A stretch of 64,000 nucleotides of DNA, from contig OZ024760.1 of assembly GCA_964016885.1 (NCBI GenBank), forward strand, positions 15,190,001 to 15,254,000. Direction: 5' to 3'. Within the stretch, counting starts at the first letter, position 1. The number at the start of each line of letters is the position of its first letter. The notes beneath the pieces are model-generated. The model searched no databases, was not told the DNA's origin, and saw only the letters and a list, made by a program, of their open reading frames with translations. The translations under genes and the position numbers were made by a program. The stretch comes from Eledone cirrhosa. Taxonomy: Eukaryota. Positions 1-13,943 of the stretch are shown here, one piece after another.

Positions 1-194
1 TTTCGCGACAATCATCATCATCATCACTATTAAAGTCTGTTTTCCATATTTGCATGGGTCAGACAAGCTTTTCACCTATTGAGACTGGACTGGTCAGGTT
101 GCTATGCCTTACTTGTTTGCTTCATTTTTGGCTTGGTTGCTATGGCTGGATGACCTTCCTAATGCCAACCACTTTACATTGTGTACTTGCAATA

Positions 195-600
195 CTCCTA
201 CACTAGCACTTTACTGGGTGCACTGGGTGTTTTTTGTCGTGGCACCAGCACTACCACCATACAGGGTAGACTGGGTGGTTTTTGTCATGGCACCAGCACT
301 ACCACTTTACAGGATGGACTGGGTGCTTTTTTTCATGGCACCAGCACTACCACCGTACAGGGTAGACTGGGTGGTTTTTTTGTCATGGTACTAGCACTAC
401 CACCTTACAAGATGCACTGGGTGCTTTTTGTTGTGGCACCAGCACTACCACCTTACAGGATGGACTGGGTGCTTTTTGTCATGGCACCAGCACTACCACC
501 TTACAGGGTGGACTGGGTGCTTTTTGTCATGGCACCATCACTACCACCATACAGGGTAGACTGGGTCGTTTTTGTCGTGGTACCAGAATAACCACTTTAC
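195..600. repeat. 48-bp minisatellite (~8 copies) inside a SINE tail
   Basis: GCACCAGCACTACCACCTTACAGGGTGGACTGGGTGCTTTTTGTCATG unit. Confidence 0.9.
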
Positions 601-1693
601 TTATAATATATCTTATGTACTGTTTAACCTGACAACTTTCAAGAACTGAATCTTTTCCATTAAAGCTGATCTGATCCACGCTTCTATTTCTTTCATCAAG
701 CTTTCTACAACCATTTTGTATTTTTTCTGAATTATCTACTGAACTTAAAATTATTTTTTCTATTCTAAAGTTATTTTTCCAGATTTTCTCTATTTCATTT
801 CTTTTGTTATTAACATACTTAATCCTTTTGATACCAACCCAACCCAGCCAAAATCAACCTTGGTTCTATGATACAAAACTGTTTGTTTTAAATTGTTTTA
901 TATTTATTGAAAAACCTTCCATAATTTCATTTGAGAAGCTTTGTGAAAATTCTGTTCCAAACATCAGTTTAATAATGAGAAATTTAGTTCATACTGCTGT
1001 GGTCAACTTTGCCTTTCATTTTTGTGAGGTTGATAAAAAAAAAGTACCAGTTTTGTACTGGGGTTGATTGTTCCTCTATACCTCTTTCTCACTTCTTCTC
1101 TATCATTCTCTCTCCTTCTCTGGAAGAAATTGGCTGTGTTCTGGCCTGGAGAGGAGATGGGCTCCACTTGGTTTCAAGAATGCCTAAGAAAAGCTGTAAC
1201 ATGCAGGAAAACTTTCACTCAGAAATACGTAACATATACAGGACTACATAACAGAAGGCCTTGCTCAAATTAACCTTCAGCATGTCGGCAACAAGAGAGT
1301 AATCTCTCCTTAAAACATAATGCAGTGTGTGTCAAGAGAAGCAACTCGTAAAAGAATTCAGCGTCCTAAAGATTAATCAACAGTACCATATTAAATAACT
1401 TCCCGTCAGTACTCTAAATGTTACTATACTGGAACAATATCCCAGCCGTTACCCATCTATAAACTCAGGTTATAAGCTAACATCACCTCATTCTAGTTAT
1501 TTGCTGCTTTTGAAATCACAAGAAATTGAATGAATCTTTCAGACTAAATAAACACCATTCTAGTGGCAGTGTTATTTGATATTATATGGATTGAAATTAA
1601 ATTCAATAAAATCTCTTAGATGATCAATGGTTCTAAAAATAGATCATATATTTATTTTTTAAAAATGTTATTTTGTTTCTTTTTCATTACCAG

Positions 1694-1855
1694 TGATAAC
1701 TGTCCTGCTTCATACGACCTTCCCCATCGACAGGAGAACCTGTGGCTTATGTCTTGTCAACGAGACGAGGCTGAACGACTGCTTGAGGGCAAGCCTGACG
1801 GCACTTTCCTAATTCGACCTAAAAATAACGGACAATTTTATGCATTGTCTATTGT
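1694..1855 (+). CDS. PIK3R1: Class IA PI3K regulatory subunit (p85/p55-like), penultimate coding exon, first half of C-terminal SH2
   Basis: Encodes DLPHRQENLWLMSCQRDEAERLLEGKPDGTFLIRP...YALSIV, with an SH2 FLIR motif as in p85 cSH2. Acceptor ttttcattaccAG ends at 1693 and donor GTGAGT starts at 1856; both ends are phase 2. Vertebrate paralog (R1/R2/R3) cannot be resolved. Confidence 0.88.
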
Positions 1856-2309
1856 GTGAGTTTATTTGCCTTTATCTCTTGTTCATCATCATCATCATTT
1901 AATGTCCATTCGCCCTGCTATCATGGGTAGGAGAGGCTGACCCTTTGAGAGAGATCAGGTCACACGGGGCTGATTTGGGCTTGGTTTCTACAGCTGGATG
2001 CCCTTCCTAACGCTAACCACATTTCAGTGTGGACTGGGCACTTTTTGTCATGTCACCGACATGACCACATTGCAGTGTGGACTGGGCAGTTTTTGTGGTT
2101 GTCACGGTAGCAGCATGGTGGTGTTGTTTGAGTCTCAAATAGAATACTTTGCAGTATTTGTTCTGGCTCTCTACACTCATGAGTTCAAATCCAGTTGAGT
2201 TCAACTTAGCCTTTCATCATCCTTACGGGGTTTATAAAATAAAGTACTGGGATCAATGTAATCAACTCCTACCTGCCCTAAATTGCTGGCCTTGTGCTAA
2301 TATAATAAT

Positions 2310-3345
2310 AATAATAATGAAATTGTGTACCGTGCTCAGGTGCACTACAACTTGTCAAAGGTGCATGTATAGTACATAGAATAATATACAAATGTCAGGG
2401 AAGTGAATAGTGTATGAGTCATGATATACATGTGTGCGTGTGTATGGAGGGAGAATATTAGGTGTAGTGTTGGCGAATCTCAGGAGCCATGGTGGTTTTA
2501 AAGGATGCAGTGTCTTGACAGCTAACAACTGATGCAGGTAGTTTGTTCCATGGAGGTTTTAAAGGATGCAGTATCTCGACAGCTAACAACTGATGCAGGT
2601 AGTTTGTTCCATGGAGGTTTTAAAGGATGCAGTATCTCGACAGCTAACAACTGATGCAGGTAGTTGGTTCCATGGAGGTTTTAAAGGATGCAGTGTCTTG
2701 ACAGCTAACAACTGATGCAGGGAGTTTGTTCCATGGAGGTTTTAAAGGATGCAGTGTCTTGACAGCTAATAACTGATGCAGGTAGTTTGTTCCATGGAGG
2801 TTTTAAAGGATGCAGTATCTCGACAGCTAACAACTGATGCAGGTAGTTGGTTCCATGGAGGTTTTAAAGGATGCAGTGTCTTGACAGCTAACAACTGATG
2901 CAGGTAGTTTGTTCCATGGAGGTTTTAAAGGATGCAGTATCTCGACAGCTAACAACTGATGCAGGTAGTTGGTTCCATGGAGGTTTTAAAGGATGCAGTG
3001 TCTTGACAGCTAACAACTGATGCAGGGAGTTTGTTCCATGGAGGTTTTAAAGGATGCAGTGTCTTGACAGCTAATAACTGATGCAGGTAGTTTGTTCCAT
3101 GGAGGTTTTAAAGGATGCAGTATCTCGACAGCTAACAACTGATGCAGGTAGTTTGTTCCATGGAGGTTTTAAAGGATGCAGTATCTCGACAGCTAATAAC
3201 TGATGCAGGTAGTTTGTTCCATGGAGGTTTTAAAGGATGCAGTGTCTTGACAGCTAACAACTGATGCAGGTAGTTTGTTCCATGGAGGTTTTAAAGGATG
3301 CAGTGTCTTGACAGCTAACAACTGATGCAGGTAGTTTGTTCCATG
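2310..3345 (-). mobile_element. CR1-clade LINE 3' end with a 61-bp segment amplified 14 times (2487-3340)
   Basis: Unit reverse-translates to WNKLPASVVSCRDTASFKTSM, the CR1/L2 ORF2 C-terminal WNxLP motif. 3' UTR and (ATT)n tail at 2310-2486; the same 3' UTR recurs at ~63690-63865. Confidence 0.75.
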
Positions 3346-3532
3346 CTTGTTAGAAACAAACTTATTCCGTTTTATACAATAATTCTTATTTTGTTTTGTC
3401 TCTCTTCTTTTTTTCCATGCAACTCTACTCCCTGTATCTTCTGGTCTGGTGTGATGCGGCGTGATGCGGCCTGATCCGGTTTGTTCTGGTGTGACAACAC
3501 GACGATGATGATGACATTTGGGGGGGAAACAG

Positions 3533-3818
3533 ACATGAAAAAGTGATAGGTCACTGTAAAATTCTGTGTAAAAACGGTAACTATGGATTTGCTGAACCTT
3601 TTATCATTCATCCATCACTGCTGGAGTTGGTGCTGCACTACCAGAAGACATCGCTGTCTGAACACAACGAGCATCTAGATGTGACGCTCAAATTCCCACT
3701 GAGGGCTGGCATAGTGGCTGAAGACGTCTGCGGGAGTGGTGGCGACGCCCTGTACGCTCGCATGAGTTCCATGAATCTCTCGTCCAACCAGTGCCCCCAG
3801 TGGGATCACGACGGCTGA
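3533..3818 (+). CDS. PIK3R1: Class IA PI3K regulatory subunit, terminal coding exon (second half of cSH2 plus tail, stop TGA)
   Basis: Splicing GT|A gives [56 protein letters not shown], matching p85 GYGFAEPY..LKELVLHYQHTSL..HND.L.VTL.YP. AG at 3531-3532 keeps the frame. Confidence 0.88.
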
Positions 3819-4009
3819 AAATAAACAATTTAAAAAATAAGAAAAAAAAGAAAGAAATTGGATTTAAAAAAACAAAAACAAACAGCAACAAAACAAGAAA
3901 ATAAAGTGTAAAAGGTAAAAGAAAATGACAGAAAGACAAGAAAAACAGGCACAAATCAACAACAAAATGAAGAAAAAATAGCAACAAATAATTATGAAAT
4001 TCTAAAGAT

Positions 4010-4150
4010 AGATATGTGAATATGTGTGTATATATATATATGTGTATATGTATATATGTATATATATATATGTATATGTATAATATATATATATGTGTAT
4101 ATGTATATATGTATATATATATATGTATATGTATAATATATATATATGTG

Positions 4151-4199
<49 letters not shown>

Positions 4200-4235
4200 A
4201 TATATATATGTATATGTATAATATATATATATGTG

Positions 4236-4276
<41 letters not shown>

Positions 4277-4798
4277 GTATAATATATATATATGTATATG
4301 TATAATATATATATATGTATATGTATAATATATATATATGTATATGTATAATATATATATATGTATATGTATAATATATATATATATGTATATGTATAAT
4401 ATATATATATATGTATATGTATAATATATATATATGTATATGTATAATATATATATATGTATATGTATAATATATATATATGTATATGTATAATATATAT
4501 ATATGTATATGTATAATATATATGTATATATATATATATGTATATATATGTATATATATGTGTATATGTATATATGTTTGTATATATGTATGTATATATG
4601 TATGTATATATGTATATATATATGTATTTATGTATATATGTATATATATATGTATATATATATGTATTTATATATGTATATATGTATATATATGTATTTA
4701 TATATGTATATATATATCTATGTATGTATATATATGTATGTATATATGTATATATATATGTATTTATATGTATATATATATGTGTATATATACACATG

Positions 4799-4831
<33 letters not shown>

Positions 4832-4889
4832 CTATATATTAATACACACATAAATATACCTTTTATATATTTTCGTATGTAGGTGTGTC

Positions 4890-4930
<41 letters not shown>

Positions 4931-5027
4931 TATATATAATGTGTGTGTATATACATATATATGAAATGAGACAAAATACAAAACAAAAGATGCAGAGAAT
5001 CTGTCACAAATACACACACACACACGG

Positions 5028-5063
<36 letters not shown>

Positions 5064-5784
5064 CAAAATAATACAAATAAGGAATTCCTTTCTTTCTTTT
5101 TTTTCTTTATGATCCTCTGCCTCCTACTGATACTCTCACTCCCACCTACTCTCTGTTATATATTTCCTCCCCCCTCCCTCACTTAACCTTTATTTTCCTC
5201 CCACTACCACCACCACGACCACCACTGTATTGCTACCACCTTAGTTATCATTAGTTTGTTCTACTGCAATCCACACACAAATTGTATAATAGAGAAATGT
5301 GTGTGTGTGTGTATATATATATGCATATACACATGCATGCATATATACATACATATATATGCATGCATGTTTATGTATCCATGCATGAATATATATATTT
5401 ATGCATGTATATATGTACATACATGTATATGTAAGTATATATGTATGTATATAAATATATATATGCATGTATAATGTAAGTATATAAATATATATCATCA
5501 TCATCATCATCATGAAATGATGATATATGTATGTATAATGTATGTATATAAATATATATATGTATGTATCGTGTATGTATATATATATATTTATATATAT
5601 ATATAATGTAAATATATGTATATATAATGTATGTATATATATAATGTAAATATACGTATATATATATATATATTTATATATATAATATACATGTGTATAT
5701 ATAATGTAAATATATGTATATATATATATATATAATATATATATATATATATAATGTAAATATATGTATATATATATATATATA

Positions 5785-5843
<59 letters not shown>

Positions 5844-5870
5844 GTGTATATATATATATATATATATATA

Positions 5871-5911
<41 letters not shown>

Positions 5912-5946
5912 ATGTGTATATATATATATATATATATGTATATATA

Positions 5947-5987
<41 letters not shown>

Positions 5988-6026
5988 ATGTGTATATATA
6001 TATATATATATATGTATATATAATGT

Positions 6027-6085
<59 letters not shown>

Positions 6086-6160
6086 ATGTGTATATATATA
6101 TATATATATATGTATATATAATGTGTATATATATATGTATATATATATATATATAATGTA
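4010..6160. repeat. Compound (TA)n/(TATG)n/(CA)n microsatellite field (representative of many)
   Basis: Direct inspection; similar fields occur throughout, e.g. 20810-21875, 49780-50220, 58020-58570, 62210-62875. Confidence 0.95.
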
Positions 6161-6700
6161 TTGATCCCAGCAACAAATATTCCTGTTATCAGCCATTGTA
6201 TGTTTGTATCACCCTCCCAAACTCCCTTATTGTAAACACAGACCCTCTCACCTTCACACACCCCACCCTACCACACATCTGGTCAGAGGTCACCCCCCTC
6301 TCTCCCTGAACTCAATAACCCCTTCTCCCTTTTATCATTGTTTGTGTATATATGCATGTGTGAATATATATATATATTATATATATACATCTATATATGT
6401 GTATGTATGTATGTATGTATGTATGTGAGTGTATGAATACATGTATATATATACATATGTGTATATGTATATATGAATATGTATATATATATGTGTGTGT
6501 GTGTATGTATATATATGAATATGTATATATACATATTCATATATATGAATATGTATATGTATATATATATATGAATATGTGTATATATATATATATATAT
6601 ATCCCACCCTTGCAAGCAGGGAAAAGCGGACGTAAAATGATGATGAAAAATGATGATGATGATATATATATGAATATGTATGTATATATATGTATATGTG

Positions 6701-6776
<76 letters not shown>

Positions 6777-7393
6777 TATGTATATATACATTCAGATCTA
6801 TGTTCATATGTGTATGTATAAATATGTTTATGTATGTATATACATATATATGTGTGTGTATGTATTTGCCTATGTATGTTTATATATATATATATATATA
6901 CGCTTACACACAGATTTGCATATACATACACACTCCCTCCTCATTCATCCATTTCGTAGGATCACAGCCAAATATAACAACTGCCTCTCTCTCCCTACCT
7001 CCAACCCTCACACCCACCAAGTCCTTCACCACCCCTCACACCCACCAAGTCCTTCACCACCCCTCACACCAACCAAGTCCTTCACCACCCCTCACACACT
7101 CCTGCAACCCACCAAATAAAGTTTGTATCTACCCTCCTATACTCCACCATTCCTACCACCAATAGCTAGATTGCTATAACCACCCTTTGCCAGCTAGCCA
7201 CTGGCAAGCATGTATATATATATATATATATATATAATCCCCCCCCCCCCAAGGTCAGCTTTGCCTTTCATCCTTACAGGGTCGGTAAAATAAAGTACCA
7301 GTCACACACTGGGGTCGATTTAATCGACTTTCCCCTCCCCCCAAAATTGATGGCCTTGTATTGTACCTATATAAGAAACTATTATGTGTATGA

Positions 7394-7578
7394 GGTGGAT
7401 TGGCAGTATTGGTAGAGAGTCGGACACCATGCTTTGCGGCATAGAGTTATGGCCCTTTATGTTCTGAGTGCAAATCCCGCCGAGGTTAACTTTGCCTTTC
7501 ATCCTTACGGGGTCGATGAAATAAAGTACCAGTAATGTTCTGGGTAATTGCTGGCCTTGTGCCAAAAATAGAAACATT
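7394..7578 (+). mobile_element. tRNA-derived SINE family A (representative copy)
   Basis: Head TGGCAGTATTGGTAG...GAGTTCAAATCCC, core GCCTTTCATCCTTACGGGGTCGATAAAATAAAGTACCAG. Other copies near 990, 2170, 7255, 14455(-), 19180(-), 23876, 29445(-), 30088, 35325(-), 36745, 61935, 62995 and 63222. Confidence 0.85.
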
Positions 7579-7620
7579 TATGTGTATGTATGTGTATATA
7601 TATATATTACATATGTTATG

Positions 7621-7663
<43 letters not shown>

Positions 7664-7674
7664 CATATGTTATG

Positions 7675-7713
<39 letters not shown>

Positions 7714-9638
7714 CATATGTTATGTATGTGTGTGTATATATATATATATATATATAAATGTTTTATACATCCTTTACCACACACCACCAATCAATGTTTC
7801 ACTATAACCACATTTACTCCATGTGACATCGCTCCTTTCATTATTGCCTTTCCATTTGGTGCCCACCACTACTTATTCTTACACCTCCTTGCCCACCATG
7901 AACTTAACTCCTACAACCCCACCATCACTACCACTAACTCCACACCCACCACAGATTCAGCGACCCCACCACCACCACCACTTCCACCAACACCACAAGT
8001 CTAACTCCACACCCACCACCACCCTTACTCCCCAATCTCCAACAACTACACCACCACCTCCATCACCTCTTCCCCTGCCATCCCCATTGTTTCTGTTAAG
8101 TCTCTTTTCTTTTGTTTTTGTATTTTTTTGGTGGGTTGGGTGGAGGGGAGGGCGGTTATTTTTTATTTAATTTATTTATTTTTTTTTTGCTTAAGAGACA
8201 GACAGACAGACAATGTTTGCATCATGAGGGGCTGTGTTAGGGTGGGGTGGGGGAGAGAAGGATTGTAGTAGTAGTAATAGTAGTAGTAGCAGTAGTAGTA
8301 AAAGTGGTGGTGCTGAAGAAAAGGTAATGTGTAGTGAATGGGGGTGGGGGTAGAGGAGAGTGAAATATGAAGTGGAGGGAGGGTGGGAGGTGGAAGACTG
8401 CAGGAGTGAAGGTGAGAGGAGAGAGAGAGAGAATGTGAGAAAGGAAAATTTATTAAAATTTAAAAATAAAGAAATAATAATGATAATAATAAATATTGGA
8501 GAATGAAGTGGAGGGGGGAGAGGAGTTGGAAGGAAGGAAGGAAGGAAACAGTGGGAGGAAGAGGAGGAGTGCGAAGGAAGAATTTTAAGTAACAAAGATT
8601 TAAAAAAAATAACACAAGAAATTTAAATAAATAAATAAAACAAATGACAATAATAATAAAGTGAACATTATTATTATTCTGATGGTGATGATGATGATGA
8701 TGATTATAAAATATGGCAAGAACAATAATAAATATAATAATAACAATAATAATAATAAAAATCATAAAAAAATAAATACAATAAAAATGTTGAAATGTTT
8801 TGAGTCATTTTTTAAAATTTGAATTTTTTTTTTTTTTTTTTTTTTTTCTAAACAATTATTTTGAAGATCAGGTTTGAGGCGTGTTTTAGAATTTGTAGAA
8901 TAATGAAAAGAACTTCACTCAAGGAAACTGTTAAAACAGTAAAATGCTGTCAGTAACAGTGTCGGGTAAAATTTACTTTTAAAAACATCGTGCGAAACCA
9001 CAGTTGGTCCAATACCTGATGAGGTATGTGACGATGTTAGTGTGATTTTGTCTCGTCTATTTTCTTCCTTTTCTCCTTTCTTTATCATTTCTTTGGGCCA
9101 ACACACTTTTAACCACTGATTTCTGTCCTTTGAGGTAAATTTTACGCTACGCTGTCATTGATGGTGCATAGCTTAGTGGTGATGTGTTGTATCCTTGAGC
9201 AAGACACTTTATTTCACGTTGCTCAGTTTACTCATCTGTAGAGGAGTTGCGATCCTGCCAAATCAATGGGTGGCAGTAGTTCCAGCTGCACGCATTGAAA
9301 GACTGGTGTAGTGGTTCTGAGAACAATGCAGCTTTGCAGATGATCAATGTAAATTAACAATGGAAAGGTGCTCCCACTCGAGTTAGAAGAGAACTATTGA
9401 CCTTCAGGAGAAGCAGTGACCCCTGATTGTATTCAGCAACTGAAACAAATATGGAGTACACTAAGTCCAATGCTCCTAGGGCTGGCCCTGGTTCTTCTTT
9501 ACAGGTGTAAACTCAGCCAGAATAGATTGGAAATTAGATATCTTTGATGGCATTTTGCTGTTTTAACAGCTCCATTGCATGTTTTTTCTATTTTCATCAT
9601 TTGGTTTTATAATTGTTTCTCTATTATATATATATATA

Positions 9639-9671
<33 letters not shown>

Positions 9672-10112
9672 TCTGTTTTAGCAACCTTGATGGCTGTGAA
9701 ATCTTGCATGCATTAATTTCAACTCTTCTCATTAATAAGTGCATGGTTTATTTCCAGGGACTATGTTGGAAAATAAACCTCATTTGGTCATTCCATGAGA
9801 GTATCTTGGTCAGCCTATAAAGAAGTGATGCTAGAGCTGTGAAATCTCGCATGCATTAATTTCAACTCTTCTTATTAATAACTGCATGGGTTATTTCCAG
9901 GGACTGTTGAAAAACAAAAAAACAAAAAAAAACTCATTTGCAGCCGGTACTAGCAGTGAAACCCATGCTAGTTCCGTCAACTTATATATATAATTGGTGT
10001 GGGATGCTTAAAGCGTCCGTAAGCGGCAGACCGTTTGAGCACTCGATGCTCTTACAGAGCAGAGTATATCACATAAACGGAGAATCAGTGTTGTGACGAA
10101 TTAGAATTTATT

Positions 10113-10207
10113 AGACATTACAATCGTTTCTCTGGCGACCAGCTCGAGGCACGATCGATGCAATGATCGAACCTGACTCTGAAATCGCAAGGTCCTCAGA
10201 TACGTCT
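10113..10207 (-). ncRNA. Type I hammerhead motif with extended (~62-nt) stem II, same family as 31572-31665
   Basis: Reverse complement AGACGTAT-CTGAGGA-[62 nt]-GAAA-CGATTG-TA-ATGTCT-AATAAA. Confidence 0.6.
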
Positions 10208-10880
10208 CGATTCTTCGAAGCAGCTACCCCCCCCCCCCCCCCCCCCCCAAAAAAAAATATATATATGTAGGTGTGTTACATTTCCTTCTTGTTTGGATGG
10301 TATACACACATTCTGATGGTGGATCAAGCAGGGTTCAACAATCGATTAAAAGTGTTTATCAATTTTTTGTCAATTTACATGGAAATAAATATATTTGTCA
10401 GGTCTATATACTAACAAATGTGTGAATTTATATACACAAATGTGCACGTTCAGTTAGTTACCTCTTCGGCATATAAGCAGATAGAACTTCATATATATAC
10501 ATACAAGGTGAGTGTGTACATAAATATACATACTAAGAAAGATAACTCTAATCAATTAGAGTTATCTCCCTTACAATTATAAGCCATTTGCTACCCGAAA
10601 GGAGCAGTAACAATTATTAAGAAGTGATGCAATACAATTTAATCGTGTATATATATATATATATATATATATTTATGTATACACACACATATGTGTGTAT
10701 ATAAACATGTAGACCACCTATTTTATTGACACTGGATACTCCGTGAGAAAAATATTCAATTGGGTACTTGAAATTTCCGCGGACGCTACACTAGTTTATG
10801 TATTGTACGATCCAGAGCCGGTGTCCAGGAGTAGAAGGTGGCCGCGCTTACTTTAATTATTTAGACTATATATAATATAT

Positions 10881-11216
10881 GGAGGCACATGGCTTAGTGG
10901 TTAGAGCATTGGGCTTGCAATCGAAAGGTTGTGAGTTCAGTTCTCAGACTGGGTGATGTGTTGTTTCCTTGAGCAAGACACTTTATTTCGCATGGCTCCA
11001 GTTTACTCAGCTGTAGAAATGAGATGATAGGGACTGGGGTCCCTATCATTCCACTGCAAAGTGGTCGTGGAGGTGCCACGGCAAAAAAGCACCCAGCACT
11101 CACTGTAAATGAGGTTGGTGTTAGGAAGGGCATCCAACTGTAGAAATCAAGCCAGAATCAGTTCCCGTCCCACCCTTGCAAGCAGGGAAAAAGCGGACGT
11201 AAAGTGATGATGATGA
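10881..11216 (+). mobile_element. tRNA-derived SINE family B head joined to an RTE-like tail ending in (GAT)n
   Basis: GGCGCATGGCTTAGTGGTTAGAGC...GAGTTC...CCTTGAGCAAGACACTT, then GTTAGGAAGGGCATCC...(GAT)n. Heads also at 9162, 20399, 57408 and 61290(-); tails at 12830, 55600, 1885(-) and 61120(-). Confidence 0.8.
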
Positions 11217-11524
11217 TATAATATATATAATTTATATATATGTAATATATATATATATATATGTAATATATATATATATATGTAATATATATATATATAT
11301 AATATATATATATATATATAATATATATATATATAATATATATTATTTATAATATATATAATATAATATATACATTATATATATATATCATATATATATA
11401 CATTATATGTATATATTATATATTATATATGTATATATTATATATGTATATTATATATGATATATATTTATTATATATATATTATATTATATATATATTA
11501 TATTATATATATATTATATTATAT

Positions 11525-11561
<37 letters not shown>

Positions 11562-11570
11562 CATATATAT

Positions 11571-11770
11571 NNNNNNNNNNNNNNNNNNNNNNNNNNNNNN
11601 NNNNNNNNNNNNNNNNNNNNNNNNNNNNNNNNNNNNNNNNNNNNNNNNNNNNNNNNNNNNNNNNNNNNNNNNNNNNNNNNNNNNNNNNNNNNNNNNNNNN
11701 NNNNNNNNNNNNNNNNNNNNNNNNNNNNNNNNNNNNNNNNNNNNNNNNNNNNNNNNNNNNNNNNNNNNNN
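11571..11770. other. Assembly gap (200 N)
   Basis: Run of n following an AT microsatellite. Confidence 1.
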
Positions 11771-11962
11771 AAAACTATAAAATAAAATAAAGTGAACTAA
11801 ATTGGCGATATTTCCCATAGAATTACAGGAATACCATTATTTGATTGACTTGGTTCTCTTAGGAATTTTGTCATTTTGGTTTCTATTTCTCACTTGCCAG
11901 ACTTATCGTCAAATGAAATTACATTTTTTTACATGTTTGTATGTGTATATATATATATATTT

Positions 11963-12258
11963 GAAAAAAAAAGGAAAAGAATGGCTTCATTTGTAGTTGT
12001 AAATAATTTGATTTAATTTTATAATATTATATCATGAGTTGGTAGATCTACCAACTAGTATGGTAGATCTATCAACTAGTATGGTAGATCTATCAACTAG
12101 TATGGTAGATCTATCAACTAGTATCTAGTATGGTAGATCTAGTATGCTACACCTACCGTGTGCGTAGCATACTAGATCGACCAACTCATAATATTATATT
12201 ATAAAATTAAATCAAATTATTTACAACTACAAGTGAAGTCGTTCTTTTCCTTTTTTTT
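11963..12258. repeat. Fold-back element with ~90-bp imperfect arms and internal 21-bp tandem repeats
   Basis: AAAGGAAAAGAATGGCTTCA...GAGTTGGTAGATCTA versus TAGATCGACCAACTC...GTTCTTTTCCTTT; internal TAGTATGGTAGATCTATCAAC repeats; arm related to 42790-42860. Confidence 0.8.
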
Positions 12259-12348
12259 CCAATATACCAAACTGTACCAAGGATCTCACACATTTTCCAA
12301 TATATATATATATATAGACGTACATACACACATACAACCTTAATAAAA

Positions 12349-12423
<75 letters not shown>

Positions 12424-12466
12424 TCACACACATACAGTATCATAGTTCAGGTTGAGAATAGGCTGA

Positions 12467-12512
<46 letters not shown>

Positions 12513-12517
12513 CATAT

Positions 12518-12802
12518 AGACTGAGCATAAGAGGAATCAAATGCTGTGTGCAGGAGAGGCGGGTGCGTTGGTATGGACATGTGATGCGTATGAAGGATGA
12601 CAGCTGCATAAAAAGGTGCAGAGCACTAGAAGTCGATGGAAACCGCGGAGTGGGGAGACCCAAGATGACTTGGGATGAGGTGATAAAAGCCGACCTTACC
12701 CAATTACACCTCTCAAAGGCGATGACACACGACCGCGACCTCTGGCGTCACGCAGTAATACAGAGTACCCGACCTCCCATGGGTACAAGCTGCAGCATAT
12801 AG
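12518..12802 (+). mobile_element. RTE-clade LINE ORF 3' fragment
   Basis: RRVRWYGHVMRM...GRPKMTW...DRDLWR motif; abuts (TA)n. Confidence 0.85.
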
Positions 12803-13824
12803 ACAATATGCCCCCCCCCCCCCACCGCAAGGTGGTCGTGGAGGTGCCACAGCAAAAAAGCACCCAGCCCACACTGTAAAGTGGACGTGTAGGCGCCACG
12901 AAAAAGCACCCAGCACTCACTGTAAATGAGGTTGGAGTTAGGAAGGGCATCCAGCTGTAGAAATCAAGCCAGATCAGTTCCTGTATGAGCAAGGCATGGT
13001 CAGCCGACCAGACACTGCCCACAACAGGACAACCCGTCTAACCCATGCTAGCGTGAAAGAACGGACGTAAAACGGTGATGATGATGATATCCAGGTGGTG
13101 TAGCGTGGAGTTACTGTAGGTTCACCCGGGTGAGCACTCGATGTTTAGGTTCACTTCTGTGTCGAGGTGTAGAGCTAGACAGAGTGTATTACAGTGAAAT
13201 AAAACAAGGACGAATGGTTACTCCTTCATTTATTGGTTGATGACGCGCGTTTCGCCACTGATCAGCTCATGGTTCGATCTGTATCGATCTAATGGTAAGG
13301 AAAAAAAAATGTTTTTTCATTACCATTATAAGGGGTGTGACGAGCCATGGATTTCAGGGTGGGGCTAGATCGATGCAGATCTAAATGACCAAGAAACCCT
13401 GTATGTCTATATGGCGCCCCTATGACTCTACCGGGAGTTACGGGACCTCACAGACATACATACATACTTGACTGATACTTTAAATCAATGATGACCTCAG
13501 GAAAAATGTTGCCGATTTACAAATGTGTGTTTGAACGAATCTGACCTTTAAATATCGTAAGAAATTATTTGATTTTTATTTAACTGGTGGTGGTAATGGT
13601 GGGGGTGTCATCCTTGGAGTTTTCATTACAACCCTTCTCGTCTTACTTTGGAGCTAAAGTCCTGTGCTTTTCCTGTAGTTTTTTGATGTTTTTTTTTCAA
13701 CCAATCTGACTTTCAAACCCATAAGGAAAGTTTTTTCGTTCAAAACACATAAAAAAACAATAGGAAAAATATAGATTTCACGTTTTTCTGAGAGGGGTGA
13801 ATATAATTGTAGATGTGTGTGTGT

Positions 13825-13943
<119 letters not shown>

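Noticed and set aside
2487-3345. Regular array that might be taken for CRISPR
   Set aside because: Head-to-tail units with no unique spacers, eukaryotic context and no cas genes; the same applies to 195-600, 58756-59070 and 59174-60170.
3688-7165. Long YI/HT/CV-rich ORFs here and across the window
   Set aside because: Translations of (TA)n, (CA)n and (TATG)n microsatellites.
10881-10960. tRNA-like heads (also 20399, 57408, 48915, 56815)
   Set aside because: They continue into SINE bodies and lack a closed acceptor stem, so they are not tRNA genes.
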